Source: Lytechinus pictus (lineage: Eukaryota). From it: a stretch of DNA of 64,000 nt. The stretch's first letter is position 1; each line of letters begins with the position of its first letter. The position numbers and the translations under genes are program-made. This document shows positions 13,487-27,124 of the stretch, piece after piece. The stretch lies in assembly GCF_037042905.1 (NCBI RefSeq), contig NC_087246.1, positions 868,001 through 932,000 of the forward strand, written 5' to 3'. The notes under the pieces were generated by a model. The model made no database searches. It was not told where the DNA came from and worked only from the letters and a program-made list of their open reading frames with translations.

Positions 13487-16400
13487 TCAAACAGCATGGT
13501 CATGATCGTAAGATTCGAGGACTACTTCATTAATACTATGTGAGCTTGTTTTCTTGACCATCCCTACATCTCTTGCCGATTCAATAGAATTCTCAGCTGT
13601 CAATGACCCGGGATCAGCGGGACCGTCAACGTGTTTGCCTTCGATGGCACGCTCGTAGAAAAAGCTTGCTTTGTCGACGATGTCGGGTAGAGCTGAAAGA
13701 TTCACCTGTGATAATAAAAAGATTGAACAATATAAGAATCAACTCCACCTGGGTTAGAGTTGTCATTTTCAGAAAGATTTTGTTTTCTGATCAGTTATCA
13801 TGAGACGGGTCATGAGAAACACTGGTGTACAGACGAGTGGGGGCAGACCCATTGGGCAAATCCCCCTAAAAAAAAAGAAAGAAAGAAAATACCGAGAAAA
13901 GGCGTGGAGGAGAAAGAGAAGGTAGAGGGGAATTGAGAGAGGGAAATAGACAGATGAAAAATATTTTCTGGATATCCTAAAATCTCACAAAATAAGATTT
14001 TCATTTTAAGAAAATTGTTTTGTCTTGCTTACCCTGAAAAATCCATTGAAAGGTGAGTCGAGATCAGCGACCACGAAACAGAGGATAGTAATACTAAATA
14101 CAGTCATTATACACATAGCAAGCTCCATGCGATACGATTCAGCCTGAATGGTAAGAAATCATAAAATTAGAAATTTTATAAACGGAACCGGATAAAAACA
14201 ACACACCAAGAAGACATATTACTGATCCCACATTTCTGTCGTAATTTTAATGTTAAAAAACTTCAGTATAAAAAGTCTGGATGATGAGGATTAGAAATAA
14301 AAGAGAATGAAAACCTAGGCAGAAATAACCGCAGAATTGACCCAAAAAAAACGAACATCCCAAGACTTACAACAATAATAGATTATTAATTTCTTGCATA
14401 CTTATAAAAGCAAGTTATATTTAAATTAAATTGCATAAGTCAGCGACATAAAAGGATTTTACAAGTAAAGTTTTGATATTACATCAAGAAGAAGAACACC
14501 GAAGAAAGCAAAGAATCCGAGAGCTTCAAGAAAGAGCCATTTCAATGGATGAATCCGGGTCATCATTACTTCATATCGCTCTGAAGAATCCGAGTTTAAT
14601 CCAACCACGTGATCCATTAAACTATCCTAAAGAAACAACAACAAAATAAGATACAAGAACAGTTTAACAGTATAAAAAAAAGATACAATAAAGTATTCAT
14701 AGGATTTTTTTTTAGAATGCGATATAGGCTTATTGCATGACCATGACGAATTCTTTTGGTGATAAAATCCCCCTTAAAAAAAAATAATAATAAATGATAA
14801 TAAAAATTAACCAAATCAAATCATTAATTAAACCGATAAATAATGAATAAGTTCATTGATGAAATTATGAATGATAGGCCGATGCAGCAATAGAAATACA
14901 AAAATGAACATAATTATCGAGAAACAGAAAAAGAAGTTAATGGGTGAAACAACAACTAATTATGAAAGTAAAAATGAAAAACATTGTGTTCATTGTGTCG
15001 ACCTAGCCATACGACAATGAAATGACTTGAGGTGACATCCTAAACAGGCTTTAAGGCCTACAGGCAAGGTAGCCTGAATAAAAGAAGATGGTTTTAGGTG
15101 AGAATAGCATATGGAATAACAAAGAGGTTAAGTCGTTAAAGTCGCTTTAACTTACGAACATCTTTATGAAACACCCATCAGCATACCTATTTACTCACCA
15201 GAATATGTCTGTCCAAATGCCACTTCTTTTGTCTTGCTCCAGAATTCCTCAAGATAGGAACGATCTATAGAATGAGAGATATCATGATATAGGCCTCTGG
15301 TGATCTTATTCGACCAAATCCAAGCCACATGAGGTTTTTGACGTAAAACTTTGATGATTTTTTTTAATCCTCAAATTTACTTTATTAGAGAAATGAAATT
15401 CTGTTTTTTTTTTCTTCAAGATTCAACTCTTCAAACATTTCCAAGTTTTGTTTTTATTTTTACGAGTCAATCTAAATAAACGAAAATCAAGTTCACACAC
15501 GTATTAACTAATTTGGAATATGGGTTTTATTCCAACTCATTTTAATTAATTGAATAAACTAAGTTGACATAAGTCTTTTGCCAAACTGATGTCTCTGCGA
15601 AAGGATTGCCAAGTGACGCAACTTGACAACTATATTTGCATTAATCATGGAATTATAGTATGATTTTCAGGATTTTTTTCTTATGTGAAAAATACCATTT
15701 TTAAAACATTTACTTTTCATAGCCTTAAGCAACTCAAATAAAGGTCGGACAAGGTGCTTGATTTGGAAGATTGGATCTTTTGATTTTGATTGACTTGTTT
15801 AATTTGACTCATTTCACACAATGCAACGAGAATTCAAGTTTTAATGATAAAAGAAAGTCTGAAGTAAAAGAATACAAATAAGTATAATCAATATTATTAT
15901 TTAAAGGACAAGTCTATCCCAAACAAAATCAAACAAAACGCTGAAAATGTCATTGAAATCGGAAGTAAAACAATGTTTGTACCTGAAAGAGAGAAGATTT
16001 CAATTTTTGGCAGATTTGAGAAAGAGGACGCGTCTTTATTGAACAGCAATGTTGCAACATAGTGAAAGGTGTGACGTCATCAGTTCTCTCATTAGCATGT
16101 CACCGGGATGTACAAAATGAATGTTTTGTGAAATTAAGCGTGTCTTTAATAGTGTAAACTTCCACTTTACACCCTAATTTGATGAAAATTTAAGAGTTTT
16201 GTTATATTTTCCCCCTTTTGCAGTCGAAGCGTGGAGCGTTGTGGCCCAGTGGATTAGTCTTCGGACTTTGAAACAGAGGGTCGTGGGTTCGAATCCCAGC
16301 CATGGCGTAATTTCCTTCGGCAAGAAATTTATCCACATTGTGCTGCACTCGACCCAGGTGAGGTAAATGGGTACCCGGCAGGATTAATTCCTTGAATGCT

Positions 16401-19400
16401 TGAGCGCCTAGGCAGCCCAGCTAAAGCCGGGGTAATAATAGCAGGGCCCGCTGGCCCCTTTATTTGTCTCTAAGCTCTGATGAAACTATAGTTATAGAAA
16501 ATAAAATACTGCAAGTATATATTGTAATTTTCAAGCAAGTGTAAAATAACTCCGTGAAGGGGGGAAAACTTATGCAGTCGAAGGAAATGAATATTTTCAA
16601 CCACCCTCACCCTCCAGATTTGTCCACTGCAGAGGGCGCCCTCATAATCTTCTGTGCTTCCTTTACAAACACCTTGAATCTGACGAATTATCGTGACTGC
16701 TTCATCCTTCACATACCGATAGATCTATATTTAAACAAATATAATAAAAAGATGATGTCAGTATCAAAGTAACACTCCATGCAACTAAACTTACAATGTT
16801 TAGACCTTGAGTGATATTTTTTATTTTTTATTTTATCATTTCTATTAATTTACATTACCAATAGTTTTGTTTTAATTATTATCATTATTATTTACTCATA
16901 TTGCAGATTTCCCAAGTAGACCCAAAGCGCTTACAAAAAATAATAGAATGCAATTATATTATCTTAAAACTAAAAAGTACGAAATAGGTTGATTTTTAGA
17001 GCCTTTTGGAAATTTGCTCGTGATAGAGTATAGTATATACAAACATTTTTTTATTTAAGGGGCGAAAATGTATATGATTCAAAAGTTCAATCCCTGAGTT
17101 ATTTGACATATTAACAAGTTAAAAAAAACTTAAACATTAAGCATAATCATTTAAATCAATCAATGTTTATTACATACCAGTGCCTTCTCCTTCAGTGTGA
17201 TATACGTCAGATGTGACGTCATAACGAGAATCTGGTCGAGTTTGGAGACTTCTCCAGAGACGATGCTAACGAGTGAACGTTGTTTCTCCATCGCAGATTG
17301 GTAAGAAAAACCAAAAGATGTTCTGTCAAATCAGGGCGTAATGTACCAACAACAATATTAGTAACGCAATAATATCATGAATATGGCGAAAAGGGCAAAA
17401 TGTCTTAAGAAGTCGTGAGCGAGAAAAAAATGCAGACCTTTTCAAAATGAAAATTTAATTTTGCGTTAGAAAAGGAAAAAAAATTACCGTTTATACTCAG
17501 ACTTTTCGTCCTTTTCTATTTTCCCCCGTTAGTCTGAGTAATTGTCGGTATCCATTACCCGGCCCACCCCCATGCTAGTGTGTGAAACGTTAAAGAGTTG
17601 GTAGATTTTCGTCGTAATCATTTTATGGGAGGGGCAGGTGTAGTTGACTTGGGATTTTAATTTTTGTGAAAAACTTTTACAAAATCATAAAGATACGTGA
17701 ATCCAATCCCAGGGCGTTTATTAAAAAAAGCTTTACAAATTTATGTGATATCCGCATTAACATAAAATATTGCATTCATAATCGTTTTAACGTAATGTCA
17801 CTTCCTGATATGTATACATTTCACTTATAATACATTGAGTTGTATTTTCTTTTATGTACTTATTTTTGTTTTCCTAGCTTCAGAACTTTGCGTTTATTTT
17901 TTTTTTGTCAGTGATGTTTAATAATTTTTGCTTTTGGAATCATGTTAACAAAGCATATTTTTTCTTAACTTAGAGTTACCCCGTATAAAAGCAAAATTAA
18001 AAACTAACTTAATTATTATCATCATTACTGAAGCCTTGTACTTACGCATAAACCAAACCGGCAGGCATGAGAAAGCAAGCTATATATGAAAAGAGGAAAT
18101 AAACAAAAAGAGCATATTCATTCATTCATCTATTCTTTATTTTGGTCTTCTAATCGCTATACTACTTTCAATTTTTCTTGTGCTCATTTTTAAGAATTAT
18201 CCATTCAAGGCTAAGTTTAAAAAAAAGATAAAATAGTATACATGTATGTAATTATAGTACATTTGCTGTCCTATAATCTCATAATTCATGCATCCTAGCA
18301 TGCTGGGCCATTCTTACGGAATAAACTTCCAAAAGACATCCGCAATATTTCTTGTCTCACCACTTTCAAATGTTCTCTGAAAACCTGTTTATTTACACAA
18401 GCTTTAGGTAATTATTATTCCCCCTTTTTTAGTAGGTTTTCAATTTCTTCTTCTTTTATTTATTACGTCATGAGCATCTTTTTATGATGGATACCGGCAC
18501 ATTACAAATGTTCATACATTCGAATGGAATATTAGAATAGGATGTTAAAGGCTTGTTTGTGAAGTTTGAATATTGCAAAAAAAGCATTAAACATTAGATT
18601 CTTGGTAAAATGGTCTATATTCCTTGTATTTCTCCCAATTCAGATTCTTATGTAACTAAAATGCGAGCAGAAATGCATTATCATGATTATTAAATATAAC
18701 AAAGTTTAGTGTATATACTTATACATTATTTTTAATCTACATCGATTATAACAATCTAACAAAGTGTCATGAGAATTGCAATGATTAAATTTTGCCTCCG
18801 ACGAAGATTCTGCTAGGATCGAAAGCTTAGGCCCCTTTTTGACTTTCTGATTAAATTTTTTGATACATTAAAATATTGGGATATGGAAGTGTATTTAATT
18901 TATTAAATAAGAATAAATTATATCGTTTATGATTTAGAGAGGTAATAAAGATATTATGTTGCCTAAGGTGATCTTAGTAGTCTTACCGATGGCGTCATTG
19001 ATGTCGGGTACGCCCTCGGGAAAGTCCCCCGGAGGCCAGAAGAAGCGAGCAACAGGAGAATAGATGTAAAGAACAAGTGGGCAGAATGCAAGAGAAAGGA
19101 GAGCAGGTAAGGCTATACGACACAGCGGTAGAGGGCGGTTGAAAAACATCTCCATACTATGGATCGTGTCGATGTCAGACATACTCAAAACTGAAAATAA
19201 AATACGATTTTCTTGCTTTTATAAGTTTATTGCCATTTTTAGATAAAGGAATGTTAAATCGATTTCACGGCTAATCGCAAAGACCAACTCCAAGGAAGAT
19301 AATATAGTATACCAAGTATTCCATTTTTATGAGTGTGATAGTTTCTTTTTCTCTTTCTCTCTCGTTCTTTCTTTCTCTAACACACACCCTCCCACACCCA

Positions 19401-22400
19401 CACGCACATCCTCCCTCACCCCTTCTTTCACCATCCTCTTTTTATCTCACTTTTCCCTATCTATATTTCCCCATATCAATCTCTATCGTTCGTTTATCTA
19501 AAGTAGATGTAAAGATATCACAAACAAGTCAACTCGAAGAAGAAGGTAAAATAATTATGTGGCTCTACCGGCCCCTCCCCCTCAACAGATCCCCCTCCCG
19601 CTCTCTTCCACATCCAAATGTTATGTCCCTTCATCATAATTTCTATCCATCTAACCTTTATCTGGAGTAGATTTAAAGTTATAAACAAAACGAATAAACA
19701 ATATGAAAATAAAGTTTAACCCTTTACCGTCTTTCCCTTCCAATCTCCTTATCGTATGTAATCCCTTTCCCTTACTCTATCACTCTCTTTTTGGTATCAC
19801 TTCTGTTGATTCCTTTCCAATATGGCATGCATACATTACGTCTGACCCCCCCCCCCCCTCTCCCCCTCCCTCATTCCTGACGCTGCTTAAACATTTTAAC
19901 TATTCTTGCTATTACAATGTCTAAATGTGGTTGAATCATGACAATATTTTTCTTACAAGCATATTTAGCTGCTTCTCTCAGCTCTTGAACTCCCGCCATC
20001 TCAGCACCCCCGAATCTTGCTGATAGATCCCGGAGACTAGGCTGCGTAAAGTAATCTTCAGTTAGTTTTCTTTCTGCATAACGGTCTCGTTTTAATTGTG
20101 CCTTTATCATGAGTACACCAAGACCTGTCGAAATCAGAATAAAATAACTAAAAGGTTATCCCCTAGCCACCACTTCCACCATCGCCATCACAAGATCCGC
20201 ATTTCCTCTTAAAGTTGCGAAAAGAGGAAGAGATGAAGAAGATAGTTTTAAAGACGAAAGGGGAATGAACAAAAAATGTATATCATCATTCGTGATCTTG
20301 CTTATCATTTGTCTTTTCACTTTTGAAAAACATTTGATTTATAACTAACAACTCTATAGAATAAGGACGTTATATCTTATCCACTATCAATTCGCCCGTG
20401 GTACCAGTGGCGGAAATTGCCCCCCCCCCCCCTCTAATGGAAGTTGCTATCTGTATCTGAATCAATAGGCAATAGAGCATTAAAAGGTCGTCCAGTTTGG
20501 TTCAATGTGACATCGCAAAATCACGATTTCGAATTACAGAATAGGCCTATCAAGAAGGTTTTCTTTCTTACCAGTCATAATGACAAGCATGAGAATAAAT
20601 GGCGGGATAACTATCTCTGCGCCGTTTGGCGTACCGCCTGCTTCAGAATAAGACTGTGGTTCATCTTCGGGTTCCGCCGTCGGCCCTTCGGCTTCGGCTG
20701 TCGGCTCATTCTCGGGCTCACTAGTCGCCTCGGCAACGGGTTCGGATGTTGGTTCGGGAGTTGATGCTATGGCAACAGGTAGTGTACCGAGTATGAGGAA
20801 TACAATAAGCGGTGTTGCTATCAATAGTTTCCGTGCGTCCACTCGGATGAGTAAATGACGTAATCGCCAACTGCAAAGCAAAAACAAACAAAAAATATTT
20901 GGAAAATGAAAGTTTGAAATCATAAATATTATTGAATGTTACACACCAGTCATATGTATGTTCCAACCATAATTTGCCATTACAAACACTGGTGTATAGA
21001 TGGTAGCTTGAGGAACTGGATCTTTTAAATTACCACGACCAAGAAAAAAGGGGGGAAAGTGATAGGAATAATATGGTGAATCATTTAAAAAAAATTAAAT
21101 GATATATCAAAATCTTTTTTTTTGGGGGGGGGGTTATCAAGCCCGACCGAGGAAGACTCTCTAAGATTTGTCACAAAATCCTCACCGGTCGGTCGAAGAA
21201 GCAGGGTATGACCCAACACCGAAATGGATCACAAAGTATATAGCTAACATTGGCGGATCCATGGGACCAACGCCCATCCTCCGCCCCCTGTTTGAGGCGC
21301 AGTAAGGAGGGGGAAGAAAAGTAAATAAAACAAGGGAGGGTATATAATAGCTATTGGACAATCGAAAGCTTACTAACATTCGTGCTATAATTGCCAGTTA
21401 AGTAAGTTCATTCTGTTCAAATGAATTACATTTAATGCAGTATACAAAAAAATATCTATGCTCGTGATTCTTTTGTTTAGTGAGAAACACAGCCGCACCC
21501 TCCTCCATGAAAAAACCCGTGCATTTAGCTCTTCGATCTGCCGAGAGGGGACATTTTTATCATTAAAAAAACATTTGTAAAAGATGTCTTGATCCGCCCA
21601 TCGATTTATATATTATTTTTAAACCGTGTGTTTAAGATAATAAAACACTGATACTGATCTCTATGCAATGAAGGGCAACAATTCGTTCTCGGGGGGGGGG
21701 GGGGGGGGGGGGTGTGCCCTATAAAACAAAGCTTAACTTCTGCCCAAAAAAGCACCTTATAAAGAGAGAAACAAATTTTGGTCACGACCCTAATACTCTA
21801 ATAGGTTTTTTAATCATGTCAAAGTTACAAAATGAATCGATGATATGAGAACTGCAACTTTCTGATGGTGATAAAACTACAAGACACTTAAATAAGAAAT
21901 TCACAATCCACATCCTATCCACAGTCCAATCTTGTCAAATCTGTAACATTGAAACAAAAGAAGTTTGTTTTTGTTTGCTATACTGTATTCAAGGTACACA
22001 TACTGTTTATACCCAATCCATTTATTTACCATTTTCCTTTCGCAAGCCTACTGATAATGTCGTAATGAGCTAAAAAAATAAGGGCCGTACATTGCATGAG
22101 AAAAGTTCAAAATTTTGACATTTTAAAATAACAATTATTATTTTGTGGTAGTTTGACCTACTTGAGAAGATATTGTCAAATAGTGATATGGATCGTAATC
22201 AAATGATATGCTGATATATATCACGTGACCAGTATAATGCTTAATTGACGGTATTAATGAGTTGTGTTGACCACACATGGTTTTGATATGGTAATGGCTT
22301 ATCAAATATAAAAGTGAGAATTCACATCACATTGCATATCATAGGAATGGGCGGTAATCCCAGGGGGACAGGGGGACGTGTCCCCCCTACTCAAAATAGT

Positions 22401-24191
22401 AGGGGGGGGGGCACAATATCAAATGTCCCCCCTACTATTTGTGGTCTTTTATGATGGTAAGAAATACATAATTCAAAATCGAGATAAAACATGTATTTTA
22501 GGACGAGATGACCTTACTTTTGGGATGATAACCTTTTTTTTTTTTTTTTTGCTTGTCAAATTTATTTTCGTCGAAATGACCTTAAATTTGGGGTGATAAC
22601 CTTTTTTTTTGCTTGTCAAATTTTCCAGCCCCTTGTCCCCCTACCTTTTGGGAGAGATTTCCGCCCCTGATAATAGGCCTACATCATTTTGCCTGGGCAT
22701 TGATTTGATCACACATATTTGTTTTCTTTGAAATAGTCAGATATGTTAAGGCGACCGCATACCTTACGATTGGTCTGCGACTCAATTTTGGAAATAACGT
22801 AGTAGAATTTGATGCTAATATTGAGACTTGGAATATCTTAGTGTGTAAGGTTCGAAATCATCGTACGAATACCTATGTTTGAATCTGTGACTATGCTATC
22901 ATCTTCCTCAGAACAAAAGCAAATTTGATATCTAGTCGTAATGACGCCTTTACTCCAAAATAAAGGCTTGCAATCTTTCAAAATGGTTATATTAGTATTC
23001 TTTCAATTATTTTTAATTTCAAATAAAATGATATGTTCCATTCACATTTTCAGAAAAAGAGCAAAATGCGATTTGTTCCAAAATCGGATCGCGAACAGTC
23101 GTAAGGTGTGCGGTGGCCTTTGGAGCTGTTCCAAAGGTAGCCCGTGCACGCGTGTGTTCTTACTATAATGCCATCTATGATGCTTTTATAATAACATTTC
23201 ATTTAAACTTTTTTGCCCAAATTTTCCTGATTTTTTTCTCCTTTTCATTGATGGTGGAACTTTTTGGAAGCAAGTGCCGCCATGGCGCACCAGTGCAAGA
23301 TGATACGATATTTTCGAGGAGGAAAAAAGGTGTTTAATTTCTCATCAAGAGCCCTTACTAAAATAAAAAAAAATAAAAAAAAATCTTCCATCACCTTCAC
23401 CAGATCCCCACCCATCACCATAATCATCGTTATCTTCATCACCACCACCAGCATCTTAATCATTACCACCATCAGCATCTTCATCATCATCATCATCACC
23501 ACCATTATCATCACCGCCACCACCACCACCACCATCATCATCACCACCACCATCATCATCATCATCATCATCACCATGCACCATTATCATCACCGCCACC
23601 ACCACCACCACCATCATCATCACCACCACCATCATCATCATCATCATCATCACCACCATTATCATCACCGCGCCACCACCACCACCACCATCATCATCAC
23701 CACCACCATCATCATCACCACCATCACCACCACCACCACCAGCATCTCCATCATCATCACCATCACCACTACCAGCATCATTACCACTAGAAGCATCTTC
23801 ATCATAACCACCACCAGCATCATCATCAAGGTCAACATCGTCGTCATCATCAACCTCATCATCACCGTCTAATACCGTCATCATTATCAATCTTCATTAT
23901 CACCACCACTACCACCACCACCACCACCAGCATCATCATCACCACCACGATCATCTTCATCATCACCACCACCAGCATCATCTCCACCACCAGAATCTTG
24001 ATCATCATCAGTAGCAGCAGCATCTTCATCATCATTATCACCACCACCACCATCATCATCATCATTACCACCACCAACATCTTCATCATCACCACCACCA
24101 CCACCAGCATCTTCATCATTATCATCATCAACAGCAGCATCTTCATCATCAGTATCACCACCACCATCATCAAGGTCAACATCTTCATTAT

Positions 24192-24223
<32 letters not shown>

Positions 24224-24506
24224 TCCCTTCAATCATCATCGTCCCTATAATTATCATCATCATCATCGTCATCATCATCATCATCAATATAACATCATCA
24301 TCACCGCCACCAAAATCATCCTCATCATCAACTTCATCATCGTCATCGCCACCACCAGTATTTTCTTCATCATCATCATTATTTGCCGTCATTATCATCA
24401 TTTGCCATTTGATTTATCATCAGTGTCAGCGTCTATAAACGGTAACTTAATGTTATTAGGGCCTAGACCTAAATCTTTCATTGAACTCTTCTTACCTGAG
24501 CGACAT
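13487..24506 (-). CDS. 504-aa multi-pass membrane protein with signal peptide, Pro/Glu-rich stalk and DUF4239/bestrophin-like C-terminal domain
   Basis: Exons 24506-24496, 20870-20572, 20124-19957, 19190-18987, 18079-18046, 17322-17178, 16724-16611, 15264-15199, 14626-14483, 14143-14033, 13705-13487. All introns are GT-AG, phases match, and the total of 1515 nt is open. Motifs include CFLMPAGLVYATSFGFSYQ, IHPLKWLFLEALGFFAFFGVLLLD and LCFVVADLDSPFNGFFRVNL. The family assignment is inference from these motifs. Confidence 0.85.
16233..16455 (+). mobile_element. tRNA-derived SINE
   Basis: A-box TGGCCCAGTGG and B-box GGTTCGAATCC, followed by a non-tRNA body (CCTTCGGCAAGAAATTTATCCACATTGTGCTGCACTCGACCCAGGTG). 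A second copy starts at 54933. Confidence 0.85.
18794..18832 (+). ncRNA. Minimal type I hammerhead ribozyme motif (Penelope-associated type)
   Basis: GCCT-CCGACGA-A-GATTCT/GCT/AGGATC-GAAA-GCTT-AGGC. Stem I is GCCU/AGGC, the core is a CCGANGA variant, stem II is 6 bp, and a palindromic AAGCTT replaces stem III. Confidence 0.55.
22748..23120. mobile_element. MITE
   Basis: TIRs AAGGCGACCGCATACCTTACGA ... TCGTAAGGTGTGCGGTGGCCTT, with further imperfect pairing inside. Confidence 0.7.
23385..24405. repeat. Compound (CAT/CAC)n trinucleotide low-complexity tract in intron 1 of the minus-strand gene
   Basis: About 1 kb of CAT/CAC/CAG triplets; accounts for the poly-I/T/H/M/V/D ORFs in the track. Confidence 0.95.
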
Positions 24507-24796
24507 TGTAACTGAAGAAATTAGTATTCAGCTCGCAAAGATGTCAGTTTCGTCTTCTAGCTACCCAAATCCGATACCGTAAAGATGCAAGCCCCAAATG
24601 ACAGTTTTCCTTTAAAAAAATATCAGAAGCAAGCTGCCCTGTAACCTTAACCCTGTAATTCAGACAGCTACGCCTACGGTTTGCATTTTTTTTTTAATTA
24701 TTCGGATTGATTTGTTAATTTTTGCGCCTCACGTTAAACGCGCAACTTGAACGCACCACACATGTACGCGCAACCTTTGCGCGCAACTAATAACTA

Positions 24797-25236
24797 CCGT
24801 GTTTACACTTGATCGGCTTTTGGTTTGCGATTTATCAAAAGCCGATGCAGAATCGGCTTTTGGTTTGCGTTTACACGTTGTTACAGCTCGCGGTTCAGAA
24901 CCGCGAGCCGATGCAAAAACCTGAAATGATACGCACACCAACATTATACGTCATAATAAAGACAACGCTGGATCAGTGCGCTTACAATTACGTCACAATG
25001 GTAAAGTAAATTAAATGAGCACAAATTGCCGATGCAGAATCGGCTTTCTGTTTACACGTAGTAAAAAAGCCGATTCTGCATCGGCTCGCGGTTCTGAACG
25101 GGTGCAAATTGCCGGTTCTGAACCGCGAGCCGATGCAAGTTACTCGCGTTTGCACGCTATGAAAAAGCCGATGCTGCATCGGCTCGCGGTTCAGAACCGC
25201 GAGCCGATTTGAAAAGCCGATTAAGTGTAAACACGG
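24797..25236. mobile_element. MITE with TA flanks and internal repeats
   Basis: TA-CCGTGTTTACACTT..TCGGCTTTT ... AAAAGCCGATTAAGTGTAAACACGG-TA. Repeated internal palindromic motif GCTCGCGGTTCAGAACCGCGAGC. Confidence 0.85.
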
Positions 25237-27124
25237 TAAACAACGCACATGGTTAATAATTTTCTTATAGACCCCCCCCCCCCGGCCCCCGGGCCCCCCG
25301 CTCGCTCCTGCCCTGCAAATTCTGCCTGTGAGATCGATCATGATAGTAGCCCAAAATTCTGAAACCGCATACATGTGCACAATCCGATATTCATAGAAAT
25401 TATATGAAGGGGTCCCCATGTCTGCGCGCCAAAAAAAAATCAACATGAATTTCTTTTTATTCCAAAAAATTGTCGGTTGATAATGTTCCTTATATTCTTA
25501 TACGTGTGCCAAAAAATCTCATAAAAATTTAAAGGAAATATAATATGATTTTCTTTTTCAGATTGAATTTTTTTTTAATGAATTGAATTGTAACCTGGCG
25601 AACTCACCAAATACCATGATTGCAACATCTACTTCAAAGATTTTTATTTTTAATTCCCTGTAAGCCCTATAGGCTATATACGCCCTTCTCTCAATATATC
25701 TCGCATTATGACAATGCCCAATTCATGATGTCAGGTATTCGTCTTTCACAATACACCCCCCCCCCCCTATAATCTGTACTACTAGTATACTAGCTAGCTC
25801 CAATTAGACGAAGTGATTAAAGGGATGATCCGGGCTGAAAATATTTCTATCTAAATAAATAGAGTAAAATTCACAGAGCAAAATGCTGAAATTTCATCAA
25901 AATCTGATAATAAATAGCAAAGATATTGAATTTTAAAGTTTACCAATATATTGTGGAATCAGTTATAATTATGCACGTGGTCATGAATATTCTTTAGATG
26001 GGCTGATGATGTCATATCCCCACTTTCCCTTTTCTTATGTTATTACATGAAATCCTAATTGTGTCATTTTTTCATACATGTGTGAATGATATGTCGTCCT
26101 TATAATGAACTATAAGTTGCAGTAATGAATATCTAATTCACTTAAGGACGTTCCCCAGTTAAAGTGAAATCCATGTCATTTTCACCAAACTTTGCACATA
26201 GATACTTTAGAACCTTAATATTTGAAATATGCAAAAATTAACATAGGTCCTTGTGCTTGATTTTTTGCTATAGAGCTTCAAAGTTCACCTAAATTGATGT
26301 TCTTACAAATTGCGCATTCAAAAGAATTTGGCATTTTTAGACCGCCCAAGATTACTACAATGAGTTTAAACCTTTATTACTCTGTCAAAATACATGAAAA
26401 AGTCATCAAATTTCGCAAGAGAGTTAATAATTGTATCGTTAGAATGGAGAATCTATTTATAGTGCTATTTGTTTGCAAATTTAAGTTTAACAGCACTGCC
26501 AGTTCTTAAAAATGGCGTAAAAGATAACAAAATCCAAATCTAAAAAATGTGAAATTTCAGTAACAAACTACAAACGTACAATAAATGCTGCACTTTATTC
26601 AAAATCCATGTCATTTTCACCAAAATTTGCAGAGTTGTAAAGAAAGGTATACCTAAGAGGTACAAACATTAAAAAATAGGGGTTCATGTGCTTGTTTTTA
26701 AACTATCAGCATTTTTATTAGAGCAAATGTGCTTTTTAAAACACCAAAAATGCGCCGAATACTTTGTATCTATGTGAAGAAAAAATCAAAACCACTCTAC
26801 CATTTATTCAAACTCGGGGTAATATTCGTGATTCTTGGCAGCACTGCAGAGTAAAGTATTTTGAAATTGTAGAGAATTTTTTTTAATCGTCCGTGGAATA
26901 ATTCCACTTTTTAGCTTCATGAAATAACACATCGGATCTGCAGTTAAAGTGCAGAAAATGAGAAAAATCAGCTCATACCCGCAGCTAATCATTAATCACC
27001 TGTTCATCCATTGTGACGTCAGCGAGTCAATAAGTCAATATACAAAACATATTTCAGATTCATAAATTTATTTTCAAAAAGTCTTCTGTAAGATATCCTT
27101 TTTATTGTCTCGGTATCAACAAAT

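Noticed and set aside
15975..16075. Extra exon of the minus-strand gene
   Set aside because: It lies within a TTAA-MITE remnant, and the protein reads continuously without it.
16233..16305. tRNA gene
   Set aside because: A and B boxes are present but there is no clean acceptor stem, and the sequence continues into a SINE body shared with the copy at 54933.
16477..16505. Second hammerhead (CTGATGA...GAAA)
   Set aside because: Stem II is weak and stems I and III cannot be formed.
21186..21379. Alternative first exon of the minus-strand gene (donor CG|GTGAGG is phase-compatible with exon 20870)
   Set aside because: The upstream part overlaps a MITE remnant, and the exon at 24496-24506 already supplies an ATG and a strong donor; it cannot be supported without transcripts.
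23245..24438. Long ORFs on both strands (poly-His/Ile/Thr, poly-Met/Val, poly-Asp/Gly)
   Set aside because: These are by-products of a CAT/CAC triplet tract inside an intron; no splice or domain support.
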